From contig JBBRAQ010000002.1 of the NCBI GenBank assembly GCA_038206635.1, positions 164,442 through 228,441 of the forward strand: a DNA stretch of 64,000 bases, in the 5' to 3' direction. This document shows, piece by piece, positions 41,315-51,318 of the stretch (the first letter of the stretch is position 1; each line of letters opens with the position of its first letter). The DNA comes from Candidatus Nanopelagicales bacterium. Lineage in GTDB: Bacteria; Actinomycetota; Actinomycetes; S36-B12; CAIYMF01. Under the pieces are notes generated by a model, which worked only from the letters and a program-made list of their open reading frames with translations, ran no database searches and was not told where the DNA came from. A program made the position numbers and the translations under genes.

Positions 41315-42583
41315 CTAGTGGGTGGTGCTTCTCAACTGCGGCAGTTCGGGCATTCCCTCGGTGCTACCCCGGTCGATCCAGTGGGGCAGCAGGTGGGCGG
41401 AGAGGATTTCGTCGGTCACCATGGCAGCGGCGCCATAGATCCCGCCCAGGTCACCGAGCTCGGATCGCGGGATGCGCAGGTCGCGCGTGGCCAGCGGGAG
41501 CGACCGGGTGTAGATGCTCTGGCGGATGGAGGCCAGGAAGGTGTCGCCGGCGTTGGTGACCCCTCCGCCCACGATCACGAGAGACGGATTATAGAAGTTG
41601 ACCATGGCCGCGATCGTCTGGCCGACAAGTCGGCCAGCATGGTCGAGGATCTCACTGGCCGCTCGATCTCCGTGGTTGGCAGCCTGCGAGACGTCAGCCG
41701 ACGTGATCGCGTGATTGTCCTTGAGAAGCCCGGCCAGGAAGGGGCTCGCGCCCGCCCTCGCGGCCTCGTCACCTTGCCGTGCGATGGCGTGACCGCCGGC
41801 GAGCGCCTCGAGACAGCCCAGCTTGCCGCATCGGCAGACCTGGTTCGTGTCCTCTGCCACCAGCACGTGCCCTATGTCCCCGGCGGCGCCTTGTGCTCCT
41901 CGGTGGATGTGGCCGTGGCTGATGAGCCCCGCACCGATTCCGGTGCCTATCTTGACGAAGATGGCGTCCTGGACGTTGACCGCGAGGCCGCGACTCAACT
42001 CGCCCATCGCAAGGATGTTGACGTCGTTGTCGACCCACGTCGGCGCATTGAACCGGCTCGACAGCCGCATGCGGACGGGATAGCGGTCCCACCCGGGCAT
42101 GATCGGCGGAGAGGTGGGGGAACCCGTCGCGAACTCCACGGGGCCGGGAAGGCCGATGCCGATCCCCCAGATCCGAAGGGCTGGATGGTTGGCCGACAGC
42201 GTGTCGAAGATGCGTTCCACCACGGCGAGTACGGCCTCAGGTCCGGCCGCGATGTCGATGTCCTCGTGCCGTTGTTCGACGATGTCGCCGGCGAAGTTGG
42301 TGATCGCCGCGTTCATAGCAGTAGCGCCAAGTCCGGCGACCAGGTACGCGCCGCGGCCGGAGTTGAACTCCAGACTCCGCGACGGCCGACCGCCGGTCGC
42401 CTGGTCCGTGTCACCTTCGGTGACGAGGCCGACGTCCATCAACGCGCCCACCCGTTGGGCCACCACCGTGCGACCGAGTCCCGTCGAGCGCGCGAGCGCG
42501 GGTCGGCTGTTGGCTCGCCTTGCACGGATGAGTCGGAGGATCGGGACCAACTGATCCGACGCCGTCGCGCCTAACCCTGCCAC
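41315..42583 (-). CDS. ROK-family transcriptional repressor
   Basis: N-terminal HTH; IGIGLPGPV, VDNDVN, KIGTGIGAG, GDIGH, CRCGKLGCLE. Confidence 0.92.
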   Translation of the reverse strand: MAGLGATASDQLVPILRLIRARRANSRPALARSTGLGRTVVAQRVGALMDVGLVTEGDTDQATGGRPSRSLEFNSGRGAYLVAGLGATAMNAAITNFAGDIVEQRHEDIDIAAGPEAVLAVVERIFDTLSANHPALRIWGIGIGLPGPVEFATGSPTSPPIMPGWDRYPVRMRLSSRFNAPTWVDNDVNILAMGELSRGLAVNVQDAIFVKIGTGIGAGLISHGHIHRGAQGAAGDIGHVLVAEDTNQVCRCGKLGCLEALAGGHAIARQGDEAARAGASPFLAGLLKDNHAITSADVSQAANHGDRAASEILDHAGRLVGQTIAAMVNFYNPSLVIVGGGVTNAGDTFLASIRQSIYTRSLPLATRDLRIPRSELGDLGGIYGAAAMVTDEILSAHLLPHWIDRGSTEGMPELPQLRSTTH

Positions 42584-42768
42584 CGCTCCTCCTTCGCTTC
42601 GCCGGAACCGCAGCCTGAAGCAGGCACCGATCGGCACCGGATCTCGACACCACGGCGTTATCACTTTGCAATGCAACGCTCTTAAGAGTGTACGTCCTGC
42701 GGTTGCCTTTAGCCTAGTTCATACATAAGACTGTCGGTGAGCGACTAAAGACCGAAGGAGGCGACGCC

Positions 42769-44313
42769 GTGGAGACGGACCGACGGCCTTGGTCATCTGA
42801 TGTGGGATCCGGTGCGCCTCTGCTGGAGATGACCGGGATCGTGAAGCTCTTCCCCGGCGTCAAGGCCCTTGACGGGGTCGACCTGGACGTCGTCCCGGGA
42901 GAGGTGCACTGCCTGCTGGGTCAGAACGGCGCCGGCAAGTCCACCCTCATCAAGGTGCTGTCGGGCGCGCATCAGCCCGACGAAGGAACCATCCACTGGA
43001 ACGGCGAACTGGTTCGCCTGACGACGCCGATGGCTGCCATGCGTCTCGGCGTCGCGACGATCTACCAGGAGCTCGACCTCGTCAACGACCTCACGGTCGC
43101 GGAGAACATCTCGCTCGGCCACGAGCCCAGTCGGTTCGGCTTCGAGCGGCGCCGCGAGGAGCGTGCGTCGGCGAGCGCCCTGCTTGAACGACTCGGCCAT
43201 CGGGAGATCAAGCCCGGCATGGTCGTCGGAACCTTGGCCGCTGCTGGTCAACAGATCGTCAGCATGGCGCGCGCTCTGTCGCGCGACGTGAAGCTCATGA
43301 TCATGGACGAACCATCCGCCGTCCTCGACCAAGGCGAGGTAGCCCGCCTGTTCCAGGTCATCCGCGATCTGACCGCACACGGTGTGGCAGTCATCTACAT
43401 CTCTCACCGGCTTGAGGAGATCCGAGGCATCGGAGACCGAGTCACGGTGCTCAAGGACGGCCGCACCGTAGCCACTGGACTACCGGCGAAGACGACTCCC
43501 ACTACCGAGGTCATCCGGCTCATGACCGGGCGCAGCATCGAGTACGCCTTCCCGCCGCGGCGCCAGTCACCCTTCGAGGTCGAGCCAGTCCTTGACGTGC
43601 ACGGCATCTCGAGATCGCGGGAGTTCGAGGACGTCTCCTTCAGCGTGCGCCCGGGAGAGATCGTGGGGATCGCGGGTCTCGTCGGGTCGGGTCGGTCTGA
43701 GATCCTCGAGACCGTCTTCGGGGCTCGTCGATTCGAGTCCGGCTCCGTGAGCATCGACGGCCAGCAGATCCGTGCCGGATCGGTACCCGCCGCGGTGTCG
43801 GCAGGCGTCGGCCTGTGCCCCGAGGAGCGCAAGAGCCAGGCCCTCCTGCTCGACCAGACAGTGACAAGCAACATCACGCTCGCCTCGCTGGGCCGCTTCG
43901 CGGTCGGTCCGTTCCTGCAACGGCGGGGCGAGTCGACGGCAGCCAAGGAGCAGATCGCGACGCTCGATCTGCGGCCCGCCAACCCCGAGCGCGATGCTCG
44001 CACTCTGTCGGGCGGGAACCAGCAGAAGGTCGTCCTCGCGCGCTGGCTGCTCAAGGGCTGCCGCGTCCTGCTTCTCGACGAGCCGACCCGAGGAGTGGAT
44101 GTGGGCGCACGCAGCGAGCTGTACGGGCTGATCCGAGAGCTGGCCGATTCAGGAGTGGCCCTCGTGCTGGTCAGCAGTGAGATACCCGAGGTGCTCGGAC
44201 TGTCCGATCGGGTGCTGGTGCTACGTGATGGCCGAGTCGTCCATGACGGCCCCGCCGAGGAGATCGAGGAGTCCGACGTCCTCGGGCTTGTCATGGAGGG
44301 AAGTCCGCGATGA
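42769..44313 (+). CDS. Sugar ABC transporter ATP-binding protein (CUT2 type)
   Basis: GQNGAGKST, tandem nucleotide-binding domains, LSGGNQQK, LLLDEPTRG. Confidence 0.95.
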   Translation: METDRRPWSSDVGSGAPLLEMTGIVKLFPGVKALDGVDLDVVPGEVHCLLGQNGAGKSTLIKVLSGAHQPDEGTIHWNGELVRLTTPMAAMRLGVATIYQELDLVNDLTVAENISLGHEPSRFGFERRREERASASALLERLGHREIKPGMVVGTLAAAGQQIVSMARALSRDVKLMIMDEPSAVLDQGEVARLFQVIRDLTAHGVAVIYISHRLEEIRGIGDRVTVLKDGRTVATGLPAKTTPTTEVIRLMTGRSIEYAFPPRRQSPFEVEPVLDVHGISRSREFEDVSFSVRPGEIVGIAGLVGSGRSEILETVFGARRFESGSVSIDGQQIRAGSVPAAVSAGVGLCPEERKSQALLLDQTVTSNITLASLGRFAVGPFLQRRGESTAAKEQIATLDLRPANPERDARTLSGGNQQKVVLARWLLKGCRVLLLDEPTRGVDVGARSELYGLIRELADSGVALVLVSSEIPEVLGLSDRVLVLRDGRVVHDGPAEEIEESDVLGLVMEGSPR

Positions 44314-45359
44314 GCGATCCGACGACAACTCCGGCGACGCTGGATCCGGTTCCGACGTCCCCGGACGACGCAGCCGAGGATGTGTCCCGACTCCGGCGGC
44401 TGTTCAGTGGATCCGTCGGTCGCAACCTGGGGCTCGTGCTGGCCCTCTTGGTGCTGATCGTCGTGGGCGTCATCACCGGCGGCGAAAGATTCGCCAGCAC
44501 CGCCAATGTCTTGACCATCCTTCGCCTCGCCTCGGTCATCGGTGTCGTCAGCGTCGGGATGACCTTCGTGATCATCGGCGGCGGCATCGACCTGTCGGTG
44601 GGGGCAAACGTCGCACTCGCCTCTGTCTGGGCCACCACCGTCGCGACCCAGACGCTGGCCAACGACGTCCATTGGATCGTGATGGTCCTCACCGCGGTGA
44701 TGGTCGCGACGGGCGTCGGCGCGGTCAACGGACTCATGGTGGCCTACGGGAAGATAGCCCCGTTCATCGCCACGCTCGCCATGCTCGCTGCGGCGCGCGG
44801 TCTCGCGGAGATCATCGCCGATCGCAAGACCCAGATCATCAACGTCCAGTCGTTCCTCGACGTCTTCAGCGGGGACGTCTTCGGAGTGCCCGTCCTCGTC
44901 ATCATCTTCGCTCTCGTGGCAACCGTCGGTTGGGTGCTCCTGAACAGGACCACCTTCGGGCGACGGACCTTCGCCGTCGGCGGCAATGCCGAGGCCGCGC
45001 GTCTCGCCGGCATCCGGGTGAATCGCCACACGCTGTGGCTCTACACGCTTCTCGGCACCTCGTGCGGGATCGCCGCCGTGATGATCATGGCTCGCACGAC
45101 CACGGGCAGCTCGACGCACGGCATGCTCTATGAGCTCGATGCCATCGCCGCCGTTGTCATCGGCGGCACCCTGCTCACCGGTGGCCGCGGCACGATCGTC
45201 GGAACCGTTCTGGGCGTGATCATCTTCACGATGCTCAGCAACATCTTCACCCTCAACAACTTGTCGATCTCAGCTCAGGCCATTGCCAAGGGGCTGATCA
45301 TCGTCGTCGCCGTTCTGCTGCAGCAGCGCATCGCCGACCGCAGCAGGGCAGTCACGTGA
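44310..45359 (+). CDS. Sugar ABC transporter permease
   Basis: GGGIDLSVG, FGRRTFAVGGN, YELDAIAAVVIGG. Confidence 0.95.
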   Translation: MSDPTTTPATLDPVPTSPDDAAEDVSRLRRLFSGSVGRNLGLVLALLVLIVVGVITGGERFASTANVLTILRLASVIGVVSVGMTFVIIGGGIDLSVGANVALASVWATTVATQTLANDVHWIVMVLTAVMVATGVGAVNGLMVAYGKIAPFIATLAMLAAARGLAEIIADRKTQIINVQSFLDVFSGDVFGVPVLVIIFALVATVGWVLLNRTTFGRRTFAVGGNAEAARLAGIRVNRHTLWLYTLLGTSCGIAAVMIMARTTTGSSTHGMLYELDAIAAVVIGGTLLTGGRGTIVGTVLGVIIFTMLSNIFTLNNLSISAQAIAKGLIIVVAVLLQQRIADRSRAVT

Positions 45360-45486
45360 CCGGGCGAAGCAGGAGTCGTGCCACGGAGCCATCCCGGCAC
45401 GGGCAATCCATCGCTTGGGACAACCGCAACGAGCACCAATCCGGTCCTCCTCCTGGAGCGGCGGGAACACACAGAAAGAGGAAGCC

Positions 45487-46539
45487 ATGAGAACACGGAG
45501 CACCAAACTCGTCACTCTCGGCGTGATGGTCGCGGCGAGCGCACTGATCGCCGGCTGCACGAGCAACAGCGCGACCACTGCGACGAGCTCCACGGCAGGC
45601 GGCACCGCGGCTGCTTCGTCCCCGGGGGCCAGCACCGCAACCGGCAAGACGATGAAGATCGGCTTCTCTGCTCCTGCGGCCGATCACGGTTGGATGGGTG
45701 CCATCACCAAGGCCGCGCAGGCTGAGGCCGCGAAGCACTCTGACGTCCAGCTGGTCATGGCCGAGGGCACGAACGACGTCAACCTCCAGATCAGTCAGAT
45801 CGAGACCTTCATCAACGACAAGGTCGACGCGATCGTCATGCTCCCCTTCGACGGCGCAGCCCTGACCGCCGTCGCCACCAAGGCGATGAAGGCCGGGATC
45901 CCGGTCATCAACGTCGACCGGGAGTTCAGCAGCCCGTTCGCCGCACGCTCGACGGTCCTGGGCGACAACTACGGGATGGGCGTCTCCGCAGGCACGTACA
46001 TGTGCGAGAAGTTCGGCAGCAACCCGAAGGCGATCATCGCTGAGATCGCGGGCATCGACTCGCTCCCGCTGACGCAGGATCGCAGCAAGGGCTTCGCCGA
46101 CGCCCTCGCCAAGTGCGGACTGAAGGTGTCGAACCGCGTAGCCGCTGAGTTCACGGTCGAGTCCGGTGAGAAGGCAGCGTCCAACCTGCTTCAGGCTGCT
46201 CCGAAGATCGACGGCCTCTGGAACCACGATGACGACCAGGGCGTCGGCGTCATGGCCGCGATCAAGAACGCCGGTCGCTCCGAGTTCGTCATGGTCGGCG
46301 GCGCAGGCAGCGCCAACGTCATGCGCGACATCAAGGCCGACAACACCCCGCTCAAGGCCACGGTCATCTACCCGTCGACCCAGGGTGCCGATGGCATCGA
46401 CCTCGCACGAATGATCGTTCAGGGCAGGGCCCTCGGAGACCTCGTCGAGATCGAGGCACCTCGCAAGGTCATGCTGTACGCGCCGGTCGTGACGAAGGAC
46501 AACGTCGACCAGTACCTGCCGACGGCGTTCGAGTCCTGA
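45487..46539 (+). CDS. Sugar ABC substrate-binding lipoprotein
   Basis: Lipobox LIAGC; periplasmic binding protein type 1 fold (ADHGW, NVDR, GIDSL). Confidence 0.93.
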   Translation: MRTRSTKLVTLGVMVAASALIAGCTSNSATTATSSTAGGTAAASSPGASTATGKTMKIGFSAPAADHGWMGAITKAAQAEAAKHSDVQLVMAEGTNDVNLQISQIETFINDKVDAIVMLPFDGAALTAVATKAMKAGIPVINVDREFSSPFAARSTVLGDNYGMGVSAGTYMCEKFGSNPKAIIAEIAGIDSLPLTQDRSKGFADALAKCGLKVSNRVAAEFTVESGEKAASNLLQAAPKIDGLWNHDDDQGVGVMAAIKNAGRSEFVMVGGAGSANVMRDIKADNTPLKATVIYPSTQGADGIDLARMIVQGRALGDLVEIEAPRKVMLYAPVVTKDNVDQYLPTAFES

Positions 46540-46603
46540 GCCCATACGCGGTGGGGGCGTGCGTGGTGCACGTCCCCACCGAAACCCATCGGCAAGAGGA
46601 ATC

Positions 46604-47788
46604 ATGATGATTTCCAGGCACGATCCATCCCTTCGGGTCGGGATGGTCGGGTATTCGTTCATGGGCGTCGCGCACTCGCAAGCGTGGCGCAACGCCCCCA
46701 GCTTCTTCGAGCTCCCGCTGCGGCCCGAGCTCACGGCCATCTGCGGACGCAACGGCGAAGCCGCGCAGCACGTGGCCGATCGCTTCGGCTGGCAGTCCGT
46801 GGAGACTGATTGGAAGGTCCTGCTCGCGCGGCCGGACGTCGACCTCATCGACATCTGCACACCTGGCAACACTCACGCCGAGATGGCCATCGAGGCGCTC
46901 CAGGCCGGGAAGCATGTGCTGTGCGAGAAGCCGTTGGCCAATACCGTCGCCGAGGCGGAAGCCATGACCGCCGCCGCCGCGACCGCAGCTGACCAAGGCG
47001 TCCGGTCGATGGTGGGGTTCACCTACCGCCGGGTGCCGGCCCTCAGCCTGTCCCAGCGGCTGGTGGCTCAAGGCCGGATCGGGACGATCCGCAATGTACG
47101 CGCTCAGTATCTGCAGGACTGGATCGTCGATCCCCAGGCCCCGCTGTTCTGGCGCCTGCGTCGCGAGGTCGCCGGATCGGGAGCCTTGGGAGACATAGGT
47201 GCCCACATCATCGACCTCGTTCAGTACATCACCGGGGAAGCACTGACCGGGGTCAGTGCCCTGACCGCAACGTTCATCAAGGAGCGTCCGCTGCCGCAGA
47301 GTGCGAGCGGGCTCTCAGGGTCGGCCGGGACCGAGATGGGCGAGGTCACCGTGGACGACGCAGTCGTCTTCATCTCGCGCCTCAGTGGTGGGGCTCTCGC
47401 GACGTTCGAAGCGACCCGGTTCGCGACCGGGCGCAAGAACGCCATCCGCATCGAGATCAACGGATCCGAGGGCAGTATCGCGTTCGACTTCGAGGACATG
47501 AACCTGCTGTGGTTCTACGACAACAACGACGACCCGGAGACCGCCGGATTCCGACGGATCATCGTCACCGAGTCGGTACACCCCTACGTGGGTGCTTGGT
47601 GGCCGCCGGGACACCTCATCGGCTACGAGCACGGATTCACCCACCAGGTCGTCGACCTTGTGGGCGACATCGCCGCGGAGCGCAATCCGTCACCGTCGTT
47701 CGCCGACGGGCTGAGGGTCCAGCGGATCCTTGAGGCGGTGGAGTCCAGCGCCGCCTCTGGCGGTACGTGGGTGGACACGCCCATCTAG
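46604..47788 (+). CDS. Gfo/Idh/MocA-family oxidoreductase
   Basis: GMVGYSFMG, CEKPLA, GALGDIGAHIID. Confidence 0.93.
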   Translation: MMISRHDPSLRVGMVGYSFMGVAHSQAWRNAPSFFELPLRPELTAICGRNGEAAQHVADRFGWQSVETDWKVLLARPDVDLIDICTPGNTHAEMAIEALQAGKHVLCEKPLANTVAEAEAMTAAAATAADQGVRSMVGFTYRRVPALSLSQRLVAQGRIGTIRNVRAQYLQDWIVDPQAPLFWRLRREVAGSGALGDIGAHIIDLVQYITGEALTGVSALTATFIKERPLPQSASGLSGSAGTEMGEVTVDDAVVFISRLSGGALATFEATRFATGRKNAIRIEINGSEGSIAFDFEDMNLLWFYDNNDDPETAGFRRIIVTESVHPYVGAWWPPGHLIGYEHGFTHQVVDLVGDIAAERNPSPSFADGLRVQRILEAVESSAASGGTWVDTPI

Positions 47789-47866
47789 GCGAGGGCTCGA
47801 CCGCGTGCACCGAATCCGACGACCGAACTGACCTGACACTGGTACTGCTAGAGAGAGGCCTTGGAG

Positions 47867-48874
47867 ATGTCACGACCATTCACGCTGTTCACCGGGCAGT
47901 GGGCCGACCTCCCATTCGAGGAGGTCGCAAGACTGGCGTCCGGCTGGGGCTATGACGGCCTCGAGATCGCCTGTTGGGGAGACCATCTCGACCCGTGGCG
48001 CGGTGCCGAGGACGATGCCTACATCAAGGAACGGCTCGACATCCTCGAGAAGTACAACCTGGGGGTGTGGGCGATCTCCAATCACCTCAAGGGCCAGGCC
48101 GTCTGCGACGATCCGATCGACGATCGCCACAAGGACATCGTCGGCTCACGGGTGTGGGGCGACGGCAACCCCGAAGGCGTGCGACAGCGGGCGGCCGAGG
48201 AGATGAAGATGACGGCCCGCACGGCGCGCCGGCTTGGTGTCGACACTGTGATCGGCTTCACCGGATCGTCGGTGTGGAAGTACGTGGCTATGTTCCCGCC
48301 TGTCACCCAGGAGATGGTCGACGCGGGCTACCGCGATTTCGCCGATCGTTGGAATCCGATCCTCGACGTGTTCGATGAGGTCGGCGTGCGCTTCGCTCAC
48401 GAGGTGCACCCGTCCGAGATCGCGTATGACTACTGGACGACGGTGCGGACGCTCGACGCCATCGGCCACCGTCCGACCTTCGGGCTCAACTGGGATCCGA
48501 GCCACTTCGTCTGGCAGGACCTCGACCCGGTCGGCTTCCTCTGGGACTTCCGCGAGCTGATCCTCCACGTTGACTGCAAGGACGCCAAGCGCCAGGTAGG
48601 CAATGGGCGAAATGGCCGCCTAGGTTCCCACCTGCCCTGGGCGGACCCGCGTCGAGGCTGGGACTTCGTGTCCACCGGACGGGGCGACGTGCCGTGGGAA
48701 GCGTGCTTCCGCATGCTGAACACGATCGGCTACGAAGGCCCGATCTCGGTGGAGTGGGAGGACGCCGGGATGGATCGTCTCATCGGGGCGCCCGAAGCGC
48801 TGGAGTTCGTCCGGCGGAACGCGTTCGCGGCACCGACGGCAGCATTCGACGCGGCCTTCAGCTCGGGAGGTTGA
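47867..48874 (+). CDS. Sugar phosphate isomerase/epimerase (xylose-isomerase-like TIM barrel)
   Basis: [35 protein letters not shown]. Confidence 0.9.
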   Translation: MSRPFTLFTGQWADLPFEEVARLASGWGYDGLEIACWGDHLDPWRGAEDDAYIKERLDILEKYNLGVWAISNHLKGQAVCDDPIDDRHKDIVGSRVWGDGNPEGVRQRAAEEMKMTARTARRLGVDTVIGFTGSSVWKYVAMFPPVTQEMVDAGYRDFADRWNPILDVFDEVGVRFAHEVHPSEIAYDYWTTVRTLDAIGHRPTFGLNWDPSHFVWQDLDPVGFLWDFRELILHVDCKDAKRQVGNGRNGRLGSHLPWADPRRGWDFVSTGRGDVPWEACFRMLNTIGYEGPISVEWEDAGMDRLIGAPEALEFVRRNAFAAPTAAFDAAFSSGG

Positions 48875-48998
48875 TCAGGAGACTCACGGTGCGGCCGCGG
48901 CCGGGGTCCATCGTGGCGGCACCTCAGTTCCGGCGTGCTTCCTCCACGCCTCGCAGAGTCCGCCACTGCGAGGCGTGCTGCCAGCTGCCGTACCGGTC

Positions 48999-49121
48999 GA
49001 GCTGCACATCAGTCTCAGCACGACGACGACCCACCTCGCGAGCCTGATGCAGAAGCTCGGCGCGCGGAACCGGGTCGAGATCGCGCTGTGGGCCTTTGAG
49101 ACCAGGCGCCTCACGGTCTGA
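48999..49121 (+). pseudogene. C-terminal remnant of a NarL/LuxR response regulator
   Basis: ELHISLSTTTTHLASLMQKLGARNRVEIALWAFET* with no upstream receiver domain or start. Confidence 0.7.
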
Positions 49122-49139
49122 ACCGATCGGGTTACCCGG

Positions 49140-50000
49140 TCACTCCGGAGATCGAGTGAACCGGACCCAGGTCCACGACTCGGGGACGTGCGTGTCGTTG
49201 ACCCCTTGAGCGTTGGCCGCGTACCCGAGGCCGATGGTGCGGCCCGGCTCGCGGGTCTTCAGCTGCTGGAAACGACCGAAGAACATCCCCCACACGTCGC
49301 CCGACCGAGGAGGCAGCGGCCGTCCATCAGCGAGATCGACCAGTCCTGACCACGGAATCCGAACGTGCGCGGTCCAGCCTTCGTCCACGTGCGACTCGTC
49401 GTTGAGTCGACCGTTCACGCTCACGTCCACGGTCAGCCCCGGAAGGTCGTAGTCGAGAAATGCCCACCTCGTACCACGCGGGTGAGCGCCGGCCCAGAAC
49501 GTCGTCCGGTCGTGCGGATGGTCGCCGGCGAACGAGTGCACCGTGGGCCGATGCACGTTGAAACGCGGCACGTCCCACCGGCCACCGGGCACGTAGGCGT
49601 CGCGCCAGACGAAGAGCACCTCATAGACAGTCCCCAGCGCATTGAACTCGAGCTCGTAGTATGCGTCTCGTCCATCGATGAGGAGTTCGAGGTCGTTCTC
49701 GAAGAACAACAGGCTGTCTCGAACAGTGCTCTCAGCAGCGACGAACGGCTCCTGTGCGCGGTATCCGACGTGAAGTGCCTCGTCGTCCCACAGGACCGTC
49801 GCCCAGGTACCCCACGGCGCCGGATGTCCGTCACCGATGTCCACGAATCGTGGTGAACGCGGCGCCGAGCTCCACGCAGGATTGCTCAACTGTGCGTCGG
49901 GACCCGTGAGGCCATCGACCCGATACGCCTCGAGCCAGGCGCCGGGCTCGCCGTAGTCGTGGACCTCGCTCGTGCCGTCCACAGCGCCCACGGCACTCAT
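49140..50000 (-). CDS. CBM9-like / DOMON-like sugar-binding protein
   Basis: WSSAPRSPRFVDI, LWDDEALHV, YYELEFNALGT, WTAHVRIPW. Confidence 0.75.
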   Translation of the reverse strand: MSAVGAVDGTSEVHDYGEPGAWLEAYRVDGLTGPDAQLSNPAWSSAPRSPRFVDIGDGHPAPWGTWATVLWDDEALHVGYRAQEPFVAAESTVRDSLLFFENDLELLIDGRDAYYELEFNALGTVYEVLFVWRDAYVPGGRWDVPRFNVHRPTVHSFAGDHPHDRTTFWAGAHPRGTRWAFLDYDLPGLTVDVSVNGRLNDESHVDEGWTAHVRIPWSGLVDLADGRPLPPRSGDVWGMFFGRFQQLKTREPGRTIGLGYAANAQGVNDTHVPESWTWVRFTRSPE

Positions 50001-50295
50001 CCTCACTGCAGTCGATCACGAACGTTCGTATTCGGCTCGGTCGGATGCGCACCGTACCAAGGTCGAGATGGTCCGCGAGAGCTGGGCGCGGCCACGCCGG
50101 AGCCGGGGGTGCCGGCCCGCGATCGTGACGGATAATGGTGCGAGTTGCGGGCTCTGGCGGGGGATCTGTCCCATCTCCGGTTCGTGCGGCACCGATCCAC
50201 TTCTGCGTCGAAGGGTCACGATGAGCACCAGTTCGCGCGCGGCAGCGACGGACCTGAGCCGACCTCGCGATGCGACGGGCGACCGGGGCCACCTG

Positions 50296-51318
50296 GTGCC
50301 CGGCAACATGACCATGCGGCACCGCAACACCGCGATCCTTTCTGTGACCGCCGTCGATGCGCCGATCGTCGCGACGTCGGCGTCGTTCGACGAGCGGCTC
50401 GCCGAGACCTACGCGCGGACCGGCGTGCGTCCGGGGATGCTCTCCGAGGTCGCGGGTATCCTCGAGCGTCGCTGGTGGCCGACCGACGTGACGTTCGCCG
50501 ACGCTGCGGCGATGGCCGGAGCGAAGGCGATCGCTGCCTCGGGCCTCGACCCCCAGAACATCGGCCTGCTCATCGACTCCTCGGTCTGCCGCGACCACCT
50601 CGAGCCCAGCAAGGCCGTGGCCGTCCACCACCAGCTGGGCCTGTCGACCGGCTGCCTCGCCTTCGACCTGTCCAACGCCTGCCTGGGGTTCGTCAACGCC
50701 ATGCAGCTCGCAGCGACGATGATCGATGGCGGCCAGATCGACTACGCCCTCGTCGTCGACGGCGAGGGAAGCCGCGGTATCCAGGAGCTCACGCTCGGGC
50801 GCCTCTCCGGTCCCGATGCCACCGCCGAGGACCTCGCGGCGCAGTTCGCCTCGCTCACCCTCGGCTCCGGCGGTGCCGCGATGGTGCTCGGCCGGGCCGA
50901 CCACCACCCCGAGGGTCATCGCCTCGTCGGCGGCGCCAGCCGAACCGCCACCGAGCACCACGAGCTGTGCGTCGGGACGCTCGAGCACATGCACACCGAC
51001 TCCCGCGCGTTGTTCGCCGCAGGTCTTCAGCTATCGATCGACCTCTGGCGGGAGGCCGAAACCGAGTTCGACTGGACTGACATGGACCGCTACATCTCCC
51101 ACCAGGTCTCGAAGGTGCACATGGCTGCGATCTGTCGGGCACTCGGCATCGATCCGGCGCTGGCACCGAGCACGTTCCCGAACCGCGGGAACATCGGTCC
51201 GGCCGCCGTCCCCAGCACCCTGGCCATGGAGGCCGACACCCTCCATCCCGGCCAGCGCGTGCTGCTCATGGGGATCGGTTCCGGGCTCAGCGCCTGCGCG
51301 CTCGAGATCGCCTGGTGA
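50296..51318 (+). CDS. oleA: OleA thiolase-fold Claisen condensing enzyme
   Basis: RDHLEPS (Glu), DLSNACLGF (Cys), SHQVS (His), GNIGPA, GIGSG; first gene of the ole cluster. Confidence 0.85.
   Translation: MPGNMTMRHRNTAILSVTAVDAPIVATSASFDERLAETYARTGVRPGMLSEVAGILERRWWPTDVTFADAAAMAGAKAIAASGLDPQNIGLLIDSSVCRDHLEPSKAVAVHHQLGLSTGCLAFDLSNACLGFVNAMQLAATMIDGGQIDYALVVDGEGSRGIQELTLGRLSGPDATAEDLAAQFASLTLGSGGAAMVLGRADHHPEGHRLVGGASRTATEHHELCVGTLEHMHTDSRALFAAGLQLSIDLWREAETEFDWTDMDRYISHQVSKVHMAAICRALGIDPALAPSTFPNRGNIGPAAVPSTLAMEADTLHPGQRVLLMGIGSGLSACALEIAW

Noticed and set aside
42584-42768. ROK operator in the AT-rich divergent promoter
   Set aside because: One is likely present, but I could not define a convincing palindrome beyond TCTTAAGA.
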